From the NCBI GenBank assembly GCA_040389905.1, contig JAZJZK010000022.1, forward strand, positions 29,774-93,773: 64,000 nucleotides of DNA. Reading direction: 5' to 3'. The stretch's first letter is position 1. The number at the start of each line of letters is the position of its first letter. Below are positions 20,798 through 29,690 of the stretch, in pieces. Source of the stretch: Gemmatimonadota bacterium. GTDB lineage: Bacteria; Gemmatimonadota; Gemmatimonadetes; Gemmatimonadales; Gemmatimonadaceae. The notes beneath the pieces are model-generated. The model was not told the origin of the DNA. It saw only the letters and a program-made list of their open reading frames with translations, and ran no database searches. A program made the position numbers and the translations under genes.

Positions 20798-22300
20798 ATG
20801 ACATTGCGCGCGAGGCTCGCCCTCAGCCTCGTAATCATCGCCGGAGTCCTCATCGTGCCACTCCTCGTGGCGCGAAACTCCATCGTGCGCCTGCACAGTG
20901 ATGTGCGCGATTTGCGCGAGGGGGAGTTCCAGGCATCCCTCGTATTGGGGCGCCTGCGCGATGCGCTGGCGGATGTTCGCGCTCGCGAAGTGGCACTCAG
21001 CGTGGTGAAGTCCGACACCGTGCTTGCGCAGCTCGACGGCGCCCTTCGTCGGGCGTCGGCGCTTGCCGATTCCCTCAGGCGCTACAAGCTCAAGCCGACG
21101 AGCGACCGGATCACCGGCGATCTCGCGGTGGTAGCGCCGGCCGTCGACAGCGAGTACTCGCTGATCCGCGCTGATGCGCTGAACGCCGCTGACTCCCTTT
21201 CCACGAGTACCATCGCTCCGAGCCTTCGCGATGCCGATCACGCCATCGTGCAGGCCGAAGCGCAGCTCCGAGACCGTACGACGGACCGGGTCACGGCCGC
21301 TGAAGAAGCACTTGGCGACGTCGAGGATATTTCGGTCGCCGCGTTGTCAATCGCGCTGTTGCTTGCCACGATCATCGCGCTCTGGCTGACGCGCTCCATT
21401 AGCGCGCCGGTCCACGCCCTCGAACGAGGGATGGAGGCCGTCGCCGGCGGCGAACTCAGCCATGAACTCAAGTTCGACGTCGAGCGGAAGGACGAATTCG
21501 GGCGTCTCGCGGTCAGCTTTCGGGAAATGACACGCCAGTTGCGTGACCTCGATAAGCTCCGGGCGGAATTCGTCTCCATCGCGTCACACGAACTCAAGAC
21601 GCCGATCAACGTCATTCTCGGGTACCTCCAGCTGATGCAGGAGGGCGTGTACGGTCAGCTTACCGAGAAACAGTTGCCCGTCACCAAGACCATCGAGAAC
21701 CAGGCGCGCACGCTCGCACGACTCGCCTCCCAGCTGCTCGACGTCAGCCGGTTCGAGGCCGGTGGCGGCCGCATCGAACCGCGCCCCATCCGGCTGTATT
21801 CCATGCTGGACGATCTCGAGCGGACGTTCCATGTCCTCGCCGTTCAGCGTGGCGTAGACTTTCGTGTCTCCCGCATGGACGCTCTTCCGGAAGAAGTCGT
21901 CTGGGACCCGGAACGCATCAACGAGGTGACGGGTAACCTGCTGTCCAACGCCTTCAAGTTCACGCCGTCCGGAGGCACCGTGGAGCTGACGGCCGGACCG
22001 CTTGAGAACGGAGTGTGCATAGAGGTCAAGGACAGCGGCGCGGGCATTGCCGCTGACCAGTTGCCGCACGTGTTCGAAAAGTTCTACCAAGCCAACAACC
22101 AGAAATCGGCGTCCGCCAAGGGCACCGGCCTCGGACTCGCCATCGCCAAGGAGATCGTGGAAGCGCACCAGGGAAAGATCACTGTGACGAGCGAAGTTGG
22201 AGCAGGCACGACCTTCCTGCTGAAGTTGCCGCGCGCGGTCGTCAACCGGCGCAGAACTGGTGGCTTCCGGCTCATTGCGCCCGCGGACATTCCGAAATGA
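20798..22300 (+). CDS. Membrane sensor histidine kinase (two TM segments, periplasmic domain, HAMP)
   Basis: MTLRARL + TM, DEFGRLA (HAMP), SHELKTP, NLLSNAFKFT and GTGLGL; start moved to ATG 20798. Confidence 0.93.
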   Translation: MTLRARLALSLVIIAGVLIVPLLVARNSIVRLHSDVRDLREGEFQASLVLGRLRDALADVRAREVALSVVKSDTVLAQLDGALRRASALADSLRRYKLKPTSDRITGDLAVVAPAVDSEYSLIRADALNAADSLSTSTIAPSLRDADHAIVQAEAQLRDRTTDRVTAAEEALGDVEDISVAALSIALLLATIIALWLTRSISAPVHALERGMEAVAGGELSHELKFDVERKDEFGRLAVSFREMTRQLRDLDKLRAEFVSIASHELKTPINVILGYLQLMQEGVYGQLTEKQLPVTKTIENQARTLARLASQLLDVSRFEAGGGRIEPRPIRLYSMLDDLERTFHVLAVQRGVDFRVSRMDALPEEVVWDPERINEVTGNLLSNAFKFTPSGGTVELTAGPLENGVCIEVKDSGAGIAADQLPHVFEKFYQANNQKSASAKGTGLGLAIAKEIVEAHQGKITVTSEVGAGTTFLLKLPRAVVNRRRTGGFRLIAPADIPK

Positions 22301-22848
22301 ACCGAGACACGCTGCGGCTGCTCTCGCTTGCCCTGCTCTGCTCGTCGTTGTCGGCGTGCCGCGGGGCGCAAACGCACTTCACGGAATCTGCCCCGTCACC
22401 GCAGGCCGAGTTCGTCACGATGTTGACGCAGGCATCCGACGAGGCGATCGCTGGTCGCCACGCTGCAGCGGACCGACTGCTGGCAGACTACACGACGCGC
22501 TTTCCTGCGAGTGCCGATGCCGTAGAGGCGATGTACTGGCGCGCGTTGTACAAGGTCGATCCTGCGAATCAGTCCGCGTCGCCGCGCGAAGCAATCGTCC
22601 TGTTGGACGGCTACTTGATGTCCTCGACCGCCGCGCACCGCTCCGAGGCGGTAACCCTCAAGCGACTGGCGGCCGCGCTCGACGCCCGCGTCGCACCGCA
22701 ACCGGCTGGCCCGGTCCGCGTCGATCCCGCACCCCCGGGCGACAAAGCGAAGGACGACGAAATCGCACGATTGAAGGACGAGCTTGCCAAGGCGAACGCC
22801 GAACTCGAGCGGATCAAGCGACGGTTGGCGCAGCCGACCAAACCGTAA
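22297..22848 (+). CDS. Alpha-helical lipoprotein with TPR-like region and C-terminal coiled coil
   Basis: Lipobox LSAC, FPAS..A.EA.YW, and EIARLKDELAKANAELERIKRRL; ATG overlaps the kinase stop. Confidence 0.75.
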   Translation: MNRDTLRLLSLALLCSSLSACRGAQTHFTESAPSPQAEFVTMLTQASDEAIAGRHAAADRLLADYTTRFPASADAVEAMYWRALYKVDPANQSASPREAIVLLDGYLMSSTAAHRSEAVTLKRLAAALDARVAPQPAGPVRVDPAPPGDKAKDDEIARLKDELAKANAELERIKRRLAQPTKP

Positions 22849-22877
22849 CGGCGTGGGTGCAGGCCGTTCGCCCGCAC

Positions 22878-24968
22878 CTATCCCACTCTAAACAACTCGA
22901 GAGATCGCGCGTACCGTTCGCCCATCACTCGCTTGAGCGCCGCGTGCTGAGGCGTGGTGAGTTCCGGATCCACGGCAAGCAGCCGATCGGCGGCTTCGCG
23001 TGCGAGCTCGTTGAGACGCTCGTCGCGCAGCGGGTCAGCCACGCGAAAGGTGGGAATACCGCTCTGCCGCTCGCCGAAGAGATCACCCATGCCGCGCAGT
23101 TGCAGATCCGCGCGCGCGATCTCGAAACCATCCTCGCTGCCGACGAACACGTCCAGCCGTTGCTTGGTTTCTGGACTGACGCCACCCAGAAGAATGCAGT
23201 ACGAGGATTCCGCGCCACGGCCGACACGGCCACGCAACTGATGCAGCTGCGAGAGTCCGAATCGCTCCGGGTGCTCGATCAGCATCACGGTGGCATTTGG
23301 TACATCGATTCCTACTTCGATAACCGTCGTGGCGACGAGCACGTCGATCACGCCATCGCGAAAACGGCGCATGACGTCGTCCTTCTCATCGGCGGGCAGG
23401 CGGCCATGTAGCAACGCAACGCGCTTGTCCTTGAAGGGCCCCGTCGACAGTAACTCGAACATCGTCGTCGCCGCCTTGAGATCCGTCTTCTCCGATTCAT
23501 CGATCACGGGATAGACGACATACGCCTGGCGTCCAAGCCCAAGCTCTCGATTCACAAAATCCATGACGCGCTCGCGCGCAGACTCTGGCCGCAGCGCGGT
23601 GGTGATGGGCTGTCGCCCTGGCGGCCGCTCGTCGAGCACGGAAAGATCGAGATCTCCGTACAGAGTCAACGCGAGCGATCGCGGGATTGGCGTTGCGGTC
23701 ATCAAGAGGACATCCGGCGCCTCACCTTTGGCGCCAAGCGCCTTCCGCTGTTCCACGCCGAAGCGATGCTGCTCATCCACGACCGCGAGGCCAAGGTTCG
23801 AGAACTCCGTCGCCTGTTGCACCAGTGCGTGCGTCCCCACGACCAGCGACGGCGTCGCCTCCGCCAAGCGTGACGCCACCTCACGACGTGCTTTCGCCTT
23901 GAGACTGCCGGTCATGAGAATCGGCTCAATACCGAGGGGCGCCAACATCGTGGACATCGACCGAAAGTGCTGCTCGGCGAGGAGTTCCGTGGGCGCCATG
24001 ATCGCGGCCTGATAGCCATTCTCGATGGCCAGCATCGCGGCGAAGAGCGCGACGACCGTCTTGCCGCTGCCGACATCGCCCTGCAAGAGGCGCTGCATCC
24101 GGCGATCGCTGCACATGTCGGCGAAGATCTCGCGAAGGACGCGCCCCTGTGCTGCGGTGAGCTGAAACGGGAGCGCCTCGCGGAGTCGCGTCGTCAATTC
24201 TCGGCGGTTGGCGAACTGGATGCCACGCCGAACGACACGCGATAGCGCCTTGGCGCGCTGATGCAGCAGGTGGACGAACAGCAGTTCCTCGAACGCGAGC
24301 CGTGCCCGCCCTTCATGCGCTTCCGCCAGTGACGCGGGCCGATGCACCATGCGAAGCGCGTCGCCGATTGAGGGTACCGCCGCGGCCGAAAGTACTTCGC
24401 GCGGCAGATACTCCGTCACCAAAGGCAGCAGTTGCTCGAGATGCGCATCGATGATGTTGCGTATGATCTTGAACGACAGCCCCTCGGTCGCTGAATACAC
24501 GGAGAGCACGCGGCCTTGGGCCGTGCCCTCTTCATCGGCGCCAAGGTTGATGAACTCGCGCGGAACGAGCTGACGACCATGGAAAAAGCGAACGGAGCCC
24601 GAGACCAGCAGCACATCGCCCTTGTCGATCGTCCGATCCAGAAAGGACTGGCCCGGCCACGCGACTTCGATCATGCCCGTGTCGTCCTTGAGAACCGCCT
24701 GAAAGATCCTCAACCCCTTCCGCGTCGGCAGAACGCCCTTGGAGACCACTCGGCCGATGATGGTGCCCTGCATTCCTGTTTCGAGCCGGGAAATCGGCGA
24801 GACGGTGCTCGCGTCCTCATAGCGATGGGGAATGTGATACAGGAGGTCGCCTGCCGTCTGAACGCCCAACCGCCGGAGCGCCTCGGCGCGCCCCGGCCCG
24901 ACACCCTTGAGGTAGGTGACCGGCGTGTCGAGCCGAAGTCGCGGTTGCCGCACGGGTTCGCGACTCAC
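22878..24968 (-). CDS. recG: ATP-dependent DNA helicase RecG
   Basis: LKGVGP, RLLQGDVGSGKT, DEQHRFGV, MTATPIPRSL and QLHQLRGRVGRG motifs. Confidence 0.97.
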   Translation of the reverse strand: MSREPVRQPRLRLDTPVTYLKGVGPGRAEALRRLGVQTAGDLLYHIPHRYEDASTVSPISRLETGMQGTIIGRVVSKGVLPTRKGLRIFQAVLKDDTGMIEVAWPGQSFLDRTIDKGDVLLVSGSVRFFHGRQLVPREFINLGADEEGTAQGRVLSVYSATEGLSFKIIRNIIDAHLEQLLPLVTEYLPREVLSAAAVPSIGDALRMVHRPASLAEAHEGRARLAFEELLFVHLLHQRAKALSRVVRRGIQFANRRELTTRLREALPFQLTAAQGRVLREIFADMCSDRRMQRLLQGDVGSGKTVVALFAAMLAIENGYQAAIMAPTELLAEQHFRSMSTMLAPLGIEPILMTGSLKAKARREVASRLAEATPSLVVGTHALVQQATEFSNLGLAVVDEQHRFGVEQRKALGAKGEAPDVLLMTATPIPRSLALTLYGDLDLSVLDERPPGRQPITTALRPESARERVMDFVNRELGLGRQAYVVYPVIDESEKTDLKAATTMFELLSTGPFKDKRVALLHGRLPADEKDDVMRRFRDGVIDVLVATTVIEVGIDVPNATVMLIEHPERFGLSQLHQLRGRVGRGAESSYCILLGGVSPETKQRLDVFVGSEDGFEIARADLQLRGMGDLFGERQSGIPTFRVADPLRDERLNELAREAADRLLAVDPELTTPQHAALKRVMGERYARSLELFRVG

Positions 24969-25897
24969 TCTCCGCCGAGTAGCTCCCGCGCGAATACGGT
25001 CGCGTCGAACGGTGCGAGATCGCCGCTCGATTCGCCGGTGCCGAGGAACTTGACGGGGACGTCAATCGCCTCGTGGACCGCGATGACGACGCCTCCGCGC
25101 GCAGTACCATCGAGCTTCGTCAGCACCAACCCGGACACCGGGACGGCGGAAGAAAACGTCTTCGCCTGCTGCACGGCGTTCTGCCCGATAGTGGCGTCGA
25201 GCACGAGCAGCGTTTCGTGCGGCGCCGAAGGCAACCGCTTGGTAATGACGCGAGCGACTTTCTTGAGCTCAGTCATGAGCCCTTCACTCGTGTGGAGACG
25301 ACCCGCGGTGTCGATGATGAGGACGTCGGCACCACGCGCGATCGCGGCGTCGATTGCATCGAAGGCGACGGCGGCCGGATCGGCGCCAGGCAGGGCGGAA
25401 ATGAAATCTGCGCCAGTGCGCTCTGCCCAGACACGAAGCTGGTCGATCGCCCCCGCCCTGAAGGTGTCGCCCGCCGCGACGATGACCTTTTTTCCCTCAG
25501 CCTTGAACCGCGCCGAGAGCTTGCCGATGAAGGTGGTCTTCCCCGCTCCGTTCACGCCGACGATGAGAATGACCGTTGGACCTTCCGTCGCGCGCTGAAG
25601 GTCGGTGGCACTGTTGCCGGCGCAGAGTGCCGCAACCACGCCTTCCTCGAGGACAGCGAGAAACTCCCCCTGCGACTTCAACAGTCCACGCTGAGCACGA
25701 CGCTCCACTTCGGCCACGAGCTTGAGCGTGGTGGGAACCCCGAAATCCGCCTCAAGGAGTAGCTCCTCCAGTTTTTCCAGCGACCCTGCCGACACGCCGC
25801 CGCGCGCCAGCACGGCGACGTCGGTGAGCGCGACGTCTTTTATTCGTTGCCAGAGCGACCGTTTAGGAACGTCGCCGGTTTTCTTCAGAATGCGCAT
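24965..25897 (-). CDS. ftsY: Signal recognition particle receptor FtsY (short form)
   Basis: LLEADFG, GVNGAGKTT, DTFRAGA, DTAGR and TKLDGTARGG motifs. Confidence 0.97.
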   Translation of the reverse strand: MRILKKTGDVPKRSLWQRIKDVALTDVAVLARGGVSAGSLEKLEELLLEADFGVPTTLKLVAEVERRAQRGLLKSQGEFLAVLEEGVVAALCAGNSATDLQRATEGPTVILIVGVNGAGKTTFIGKLSARFKAEGKKVIVAAGDTFRAGAIDQLRVWAERTGADFISALPGADPAAVAFDAIDAAIARGADVLIIDTAGRLHTSEGLMTELKKVARVITKRLPSAPHETLLVLDATIGQNAVQQAKTFSSAVPVSGLVLTKLDGTARGGVVIAVHEAIDVPVKFLGTGESSGDLAPFDATVFARELLGGE

Positions 25898-25920
25898 GAC
25901 GAAAGTTAATGGCGAAACGA

Positions 25921-25949
25921 CAATGGGAGCCCGTTATGGGCTCCCATTG
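25921..25949 (-). terminator. Hairpin downstream of the M14 peptidase gene
   Basis: CAATGGGAGCCC-GTTAT-GGGCTCCCATTG, a 12-bp perfect stem, with a weak U-tract on the minus strand. Confidence 0.6.
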
Positions 25950-25979
25950 CGTATCAGTTCCTTGCGGAGCGAACCCTTT

Positions 25980-26007
25980 TGTCACCCCGAGCGAGCTCGG
26001 GATGACA
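25980..26007. repeat. Collapsed family A REP-like copy
   Basis: TGTCACCCCGAGCGAGCTCGGGATGACA: both outer ends present, interior absent. Confidence 0.8.
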
Positions 26008-26013
26008 TCGATA

Positions 26014-29000
26014 TCACTTTCCGTTCGCGCTCAGGTCGTTCCAGTTCATGATGGTGTTGAAGCCCATGATGAAGGTGCCCTGCGTCTGCCACCGCCAGAA
26101 GGGACGGATCGTGAACATCACCACGTGACCCTTTCCGATCGGTGAATCAATGACGTTGGGGCGGTTCGACAAATTTTGGCCCCCCTCGAGCACGCCCGAC
26201 AGCAGCATGTCGCGCGGGCTCGCCGGCCACGACATCACGACGCGCGGCTTCATGTCGCCGAGAGTACGAGACTGTGGGCCAGCCGCACCACCGCCAAAGC
26301 CACCACCGCCGCCACGACCACCGAACAGGTCAGCCGTGGACGCTTCGGCTGCGGCGACCGGCCACTGCTGGTTGGGGTCCCACACCGAGTGCTCGACCCA
26401 TGTGGCCATCGGCTGTGTATTCTGGTACACGCTCGCGGCGCCACCACCGCCGCCGCCACCGCGACCGCCGCCGCCACCGAATCCACCACCGGCCGCAGCG
26501 CTGCCCGGCCTGGTCGTGTCCAGCTTGCTCACGGGGGCGGCGTTGGCTGGAGCCTGCGGTACTCCCGCATCGAGCAACGTTCCCCCGCTGAAGTACACAG
26601 GGAGCTGATTGACGGAATACCCGTACGCAATCGGGCTGCTCGCGTCATTGATGACGCCGCGGAGAATCGTTCCGCGGTTGACGAGGCCTGGAGCCGCCGT
26701 GGTACGAAGACCGGGTGTCAGGTTATACGTCGGGAAAATGGCGGATGTGCCGCCCTCGGTCACGAGCGTACCACCCGCCTGCACGAACTCATAGAGCATC
26801 TTGAGCCCGTCCTCTCCAAGCCCGCCACGCGTATCCGCAGTGGAGTCCGGAAAGCCAAGAGCCGGATAGTCCTTCGTGCTCTTGTACGGAATCGGCGCGC
26901 CGGACGTGGGCGCCGGCTGACCGACGGCCCCACCATGCGGCCAGAGGATGACGTCGAACTTGGTCTTCAGCGAGCCCATGGTGCGGACCGCGTTCTCACC
27001 GAAGTAGTTGTACGGAATCTTGTAGTAGTCGAGCGCCGCACGGACCCACCCCTCGTCCTGCGTGTTGCTCCAGCTGTGGATGTAGCCGATGCGCGGGATA
27101 TCGAGGTCGTGCGACTTGACCGTCGGCGCCGCGTCCACTGCCCACCCGGAAAGCCCGAGCTCCTTGAGCACCGGCTCCAGCTGGCCCCTGTTAGCGCGCG
27201 CGATGATGAACGAGCCCGCGCCAAACTTGTGACCGGCGGCTTCGAACGCCGCTTCCGCTGCGCTCATCTTCGTGCTGGCAAGGCGATAGCGAAGCGCGAC
27301 CATGTTGTTGTCGCCGGTGTGCTCGACAATCACGGTGTTGCCGGTGCCCGCGATCCCTCCGGAGGACATCACGTGTCCGCTCACCGGCGACATCGACGCC
27401 GTAAGCAGCGCCGGATCCTTGATCGTATGCAAGATGATGTTGCGCATCATCTGGTACGTCCACCCCGTGTCATCGTACGGCGACGGGTTGGTGGTCGGAT
27501 AGTTCTGGATCGAGAAGTACATGTCGGCGATCGTGCGAAGCGGCTGGTCTCCCCGAACGATCCAATCACCCTTCTTCACCTCGACGTCGCCGATCTTCAT
27601 ATCGGCGTTCGCGACGTGGAATTCGAGGCCTTGGTCAATGAGTTCGTTGACCGCCTCCGCAGCGTTCGCCTTGGCGCGCTGTTCCGCGGGAATGACCCAG
27701 CCCTTGGTCGGTCCGACTACGCCCTTCTTGATCGCGTTCTTGTTCTTGATCCAGTAGTTCTCGAGGAAACGATCCCGCTCTTTGCCGGTGTTCCAGAGGG
27801 CAAAGAGAACGGCGGATTCCTGGATGTTCGTGTTCGCGCGCGAGCCCCACCGGATATCGTTCGGCGTGGGATTCGGGCGGAACCACTCACGGCTCTGGTT
27901 GTAGTTCGTGCCACCGAGGATTCGCGTGAGCTGGCTGTCGTCGCCGGTTGCTGCGTTGGCACCGCCACCACCACCGCGACCGCCGCGTCCACCACCACCG
28001 CCGCCACGACCGCCGCGACCGCCTGCCGCGCTATCGGCGGGAGGCGTTGCTCCACCTGCTGGTGCTGCTGCCGGCGGCGCACCGCCACCACCACGCCCAG
28101 CCGCGACCACGCCATCACAGCCGCTGCCGAAGCTCTGTACCTCGTAGAACCGTCCAATCGCGTTGTGCGAATGCACGAGGAAGAACATGTAGTTGGGAAC
28201 CCACCCGTCGTAGAACCCGTAGGTCCACACGCCCGGAACCCCCTGCTTCGTCATTTCCATGACGTCGTTCTCGGCCATCCACCACCACTCGTTGATCGTG
28301 ATGGGGTCGAGCTCCTCGTTGTATGGTCCCGTTCCCGTGGACGCATACAGGAGCGTCTGCGCTTCATGCAGATCGTGCAGGATCGTCGGGTGCCAATCGT
28401 TGGCCGCCTTGCGGATATTCTGCGTCAGCTTGAGGAACTGTCCCATGCCGTCGCGATTGTTGTCGTGCGCGACGTACTTGCCCCAGTACGGCGTGGGAAG
28501 CTGAAGTCCGGTCCGCTGACGGAAGCACGCGCCATCGACGATCTTGTCACGACCGTCGGTTTCGATGACCGGCGTGATGAAGGTGAGGACGTTCTTGCGA
28601 ATGCCCTGGATCATCGGGGATTCATCCACGACGAGGCGATAGGCAAGCTCCATGAGCATTTCCGGGCCGCCCGTTTCCGTGGAGTGCATGCCACTCGCGA
28701 GGTAGTACACGGGCTTGCCGAGCGACGAAATGATCTGCCGCGCACGCGCTTCGGTCGTCTTGCGAGGATCGGCAAGCTCCGCCAGATAGCCGCGGTACTT
28801 CTCGAGGTTCGCGATCGCTTCCTCGTCACCGACGATGAGCATGATCATGTCACGCCCCTCTTCCGACTTGCCGATGTTGAAGAGCTTCGAGCGCGTGGGC
28901 GCCGCGTCGGCGACGGCCTTGAAGTAACGGTTGATGTCGGCAACCTTGGTGAGATACCCAGGCATACCGATGATGTGGTTGATGCCCGGGAACTTGAGCG

Positions 29001-29220
29001 GCGTTGGCACCTTATCCGAGTACGGCAAGTAGTCGACGAGGTACGTCGAGATGCGGGGATCGGTGAGATGCTGCTTGATCAGCCGTGTGTACTCCTCGTC
29101 CTGCCTCTGAGCCGTCTGTGCTGATGCGGCTGGTCCAGCGCCAGTGATTGCGGCGGTGACCAGCGCGGACCAGACGAGCCGGCGCATCGATCCTGTCATG
29201 CGCGACATCCTTTCTCCCAT
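26014..29220 (-). CDS. Secreted M14-family zinc carboxypeptidase-like protein
   Basis: Signal peptide, IGKSEEGR, HSTE (HxxE), DNNRD and DLHE motifs; Gly-rich inserts. Confidence 0.85.
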   Translation of the reverse strand: MGERMSRMTGSMRRLVWSALVTAAITGAGPAASAQTAQRQDEEYTRLIKQHLTDPRISTYLVDYLPYSDKVPTPLKFPGINHIIGMPGYLTKVADINRYFKAVADAAPTRSKLFNIGKSEEGRDMIMLIVGDEEAIANLEKYRGYLAELADPRKTTEARARQIISSLGKPVYYLASGMHSTETGGPEMLMELAYRLVVDESPMIQGIRKNVLTFITPVIETDGRDKIVDGACFRQRTGLQLPTPYWGKYVAHDNNRDGMGQFLKLTQNIRKAANDWHPTILHDLHEAQTLLYASTGTGPYNEELDPITINEWWWMAENDVMEMTKQGVPGVWTYGFYDGWVPNYMFFLVHSHNAIGRFYEVQSFGSGCDGVVAAGRGGGGAPPAAAPAGGATPPADSAAGGRGGRGGGGGGRGGRGGGGGANAATGDDSQLTRILGGTNYNQSREWFRPNPTPNDIRWGSRANTNIQESAVLFALWNTGKERDRFLENYWIKNKNAIKKGVVGPTKGWVIPAEQRAKANAAEAVNELIDQGLEFHVANADMKIGDVEVKKGDWIVRGDQPLRTIADMYFSIQNYPTTNPSPYDDTGWTYQMMRNIILHTIKDPALLTASMSPVSGHVMSSGGIAGTGNTVIVEHTGDNNMVALRYRLASTKMSAAEAAFEAAGHKFGAGSFIIARANRGQLEPVLKELGLSGWAVDAAPTVKSHDLDIPRIGYIHSWSNTQDEGWVRAALDYYKIPYNYFGENAVRTMGSLKTKFDVILWPHGGAVGQPAPTSGAPIPYKSTKDYPALGFPDSTADTRGGLGEDGLKMLYEFVQAGGTLVTEGGTSAIFPTYNLTPGLRTTAAPGLVNRGTILRGVINDASSPIAYGYSVNQLPVYFSGGTLLDAGVPQAPANAAPVSKLDTTRPGSAAAGGGFGGGGGRGGGGGGGAASVYQNTQPMATWVEHSVWDPNQQWPVAAAEASTADLFGGRGGGGGFGGGAAGPQSRTLGDMKPRVVMSWPASPRDMLLSGVLEGGQNLSNRPNVIDSPIGKGHVVMFTIRPFWRWQTQGTFIMGFNTIMNWNDLSANGK

Positions 29221-29380
29221 GGTGGTGGATACTCCTGTAGCGGGGCGTCCGCTCGACTAACTGCGACGCCTGAACGATAGTACGCGCTGGTCTCTCATTT
29301 CGTGGATTGGTACTGCGACGCTACCGCCCAATGTGCGTCGGATCTCGAGCGGCCGCGAGTCAGCTGATAACGAGGAATGG

Positions 29381-29630
29381 GGGCGAGGGCCCGACCTCGG
29401 GTCAACCGCGGGCCTGGGCGCGGGCGGGGGCCAGGGCTTGGGCTCGGGCTTACCTTCAGGCTGGAGGCTTGGGATCGGGCCTGGGCAGGGGCCGCTGGTT
29501 GACTCCTCAGAGATGACTTCGCCCTTGCTCTTGCCCGGGCTTGAGCCCCGGCCTGCAGGTAAGCCCCTGCCCAAGCCCTAGCCCGGGCCCGCGGCCAAGC
29601 CCGCGGTTGGCCCGGCTCGAGCCCCGGCCC
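29381..29630. repeat. Long imperfect inverted repeat built from GGGCNN hexamers
   Basis: Arms 29381-29492 and 29521-29630 align at roughly 75-80% as reverse complements; 28-nt loop. Confidence 0.85.
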
Positions 29631-29668
29631 GAAACAAACAGGCCCCTCGCTCACGAGGGGCCTGTTTG
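29631..29668 (-). terminator. Intrinsic terminator of the TonB-dependent receptor gene
   Basis: CAAACAGGCCCCTCG-CTCA-CGAGGGGCCTGTTTG stem with TGTTTGTTTC on the minus strand. Confidence 0.8.
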
Positions 29669-29690
29669 TGTACCAGCCGTCGACGAGCCT

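Noticed and set aside
26176..29124. 982-aa ORF on the + strand, and similar long ORFs at 8896-10575, 34800-36623 and 47274-49052
   Set aside because: Antisense shadows of well-supported genes. They have no motifs and Arg/His/Val-skewed composition, as expected in high-GC DNA.
29257..29654. Pro/Gly/Arg-rich short ORFs over the GGGCNN region
   Set aside because: They are by-products of the hexamer palindrome, appear on both strands, and have no convincing RBS or domain.
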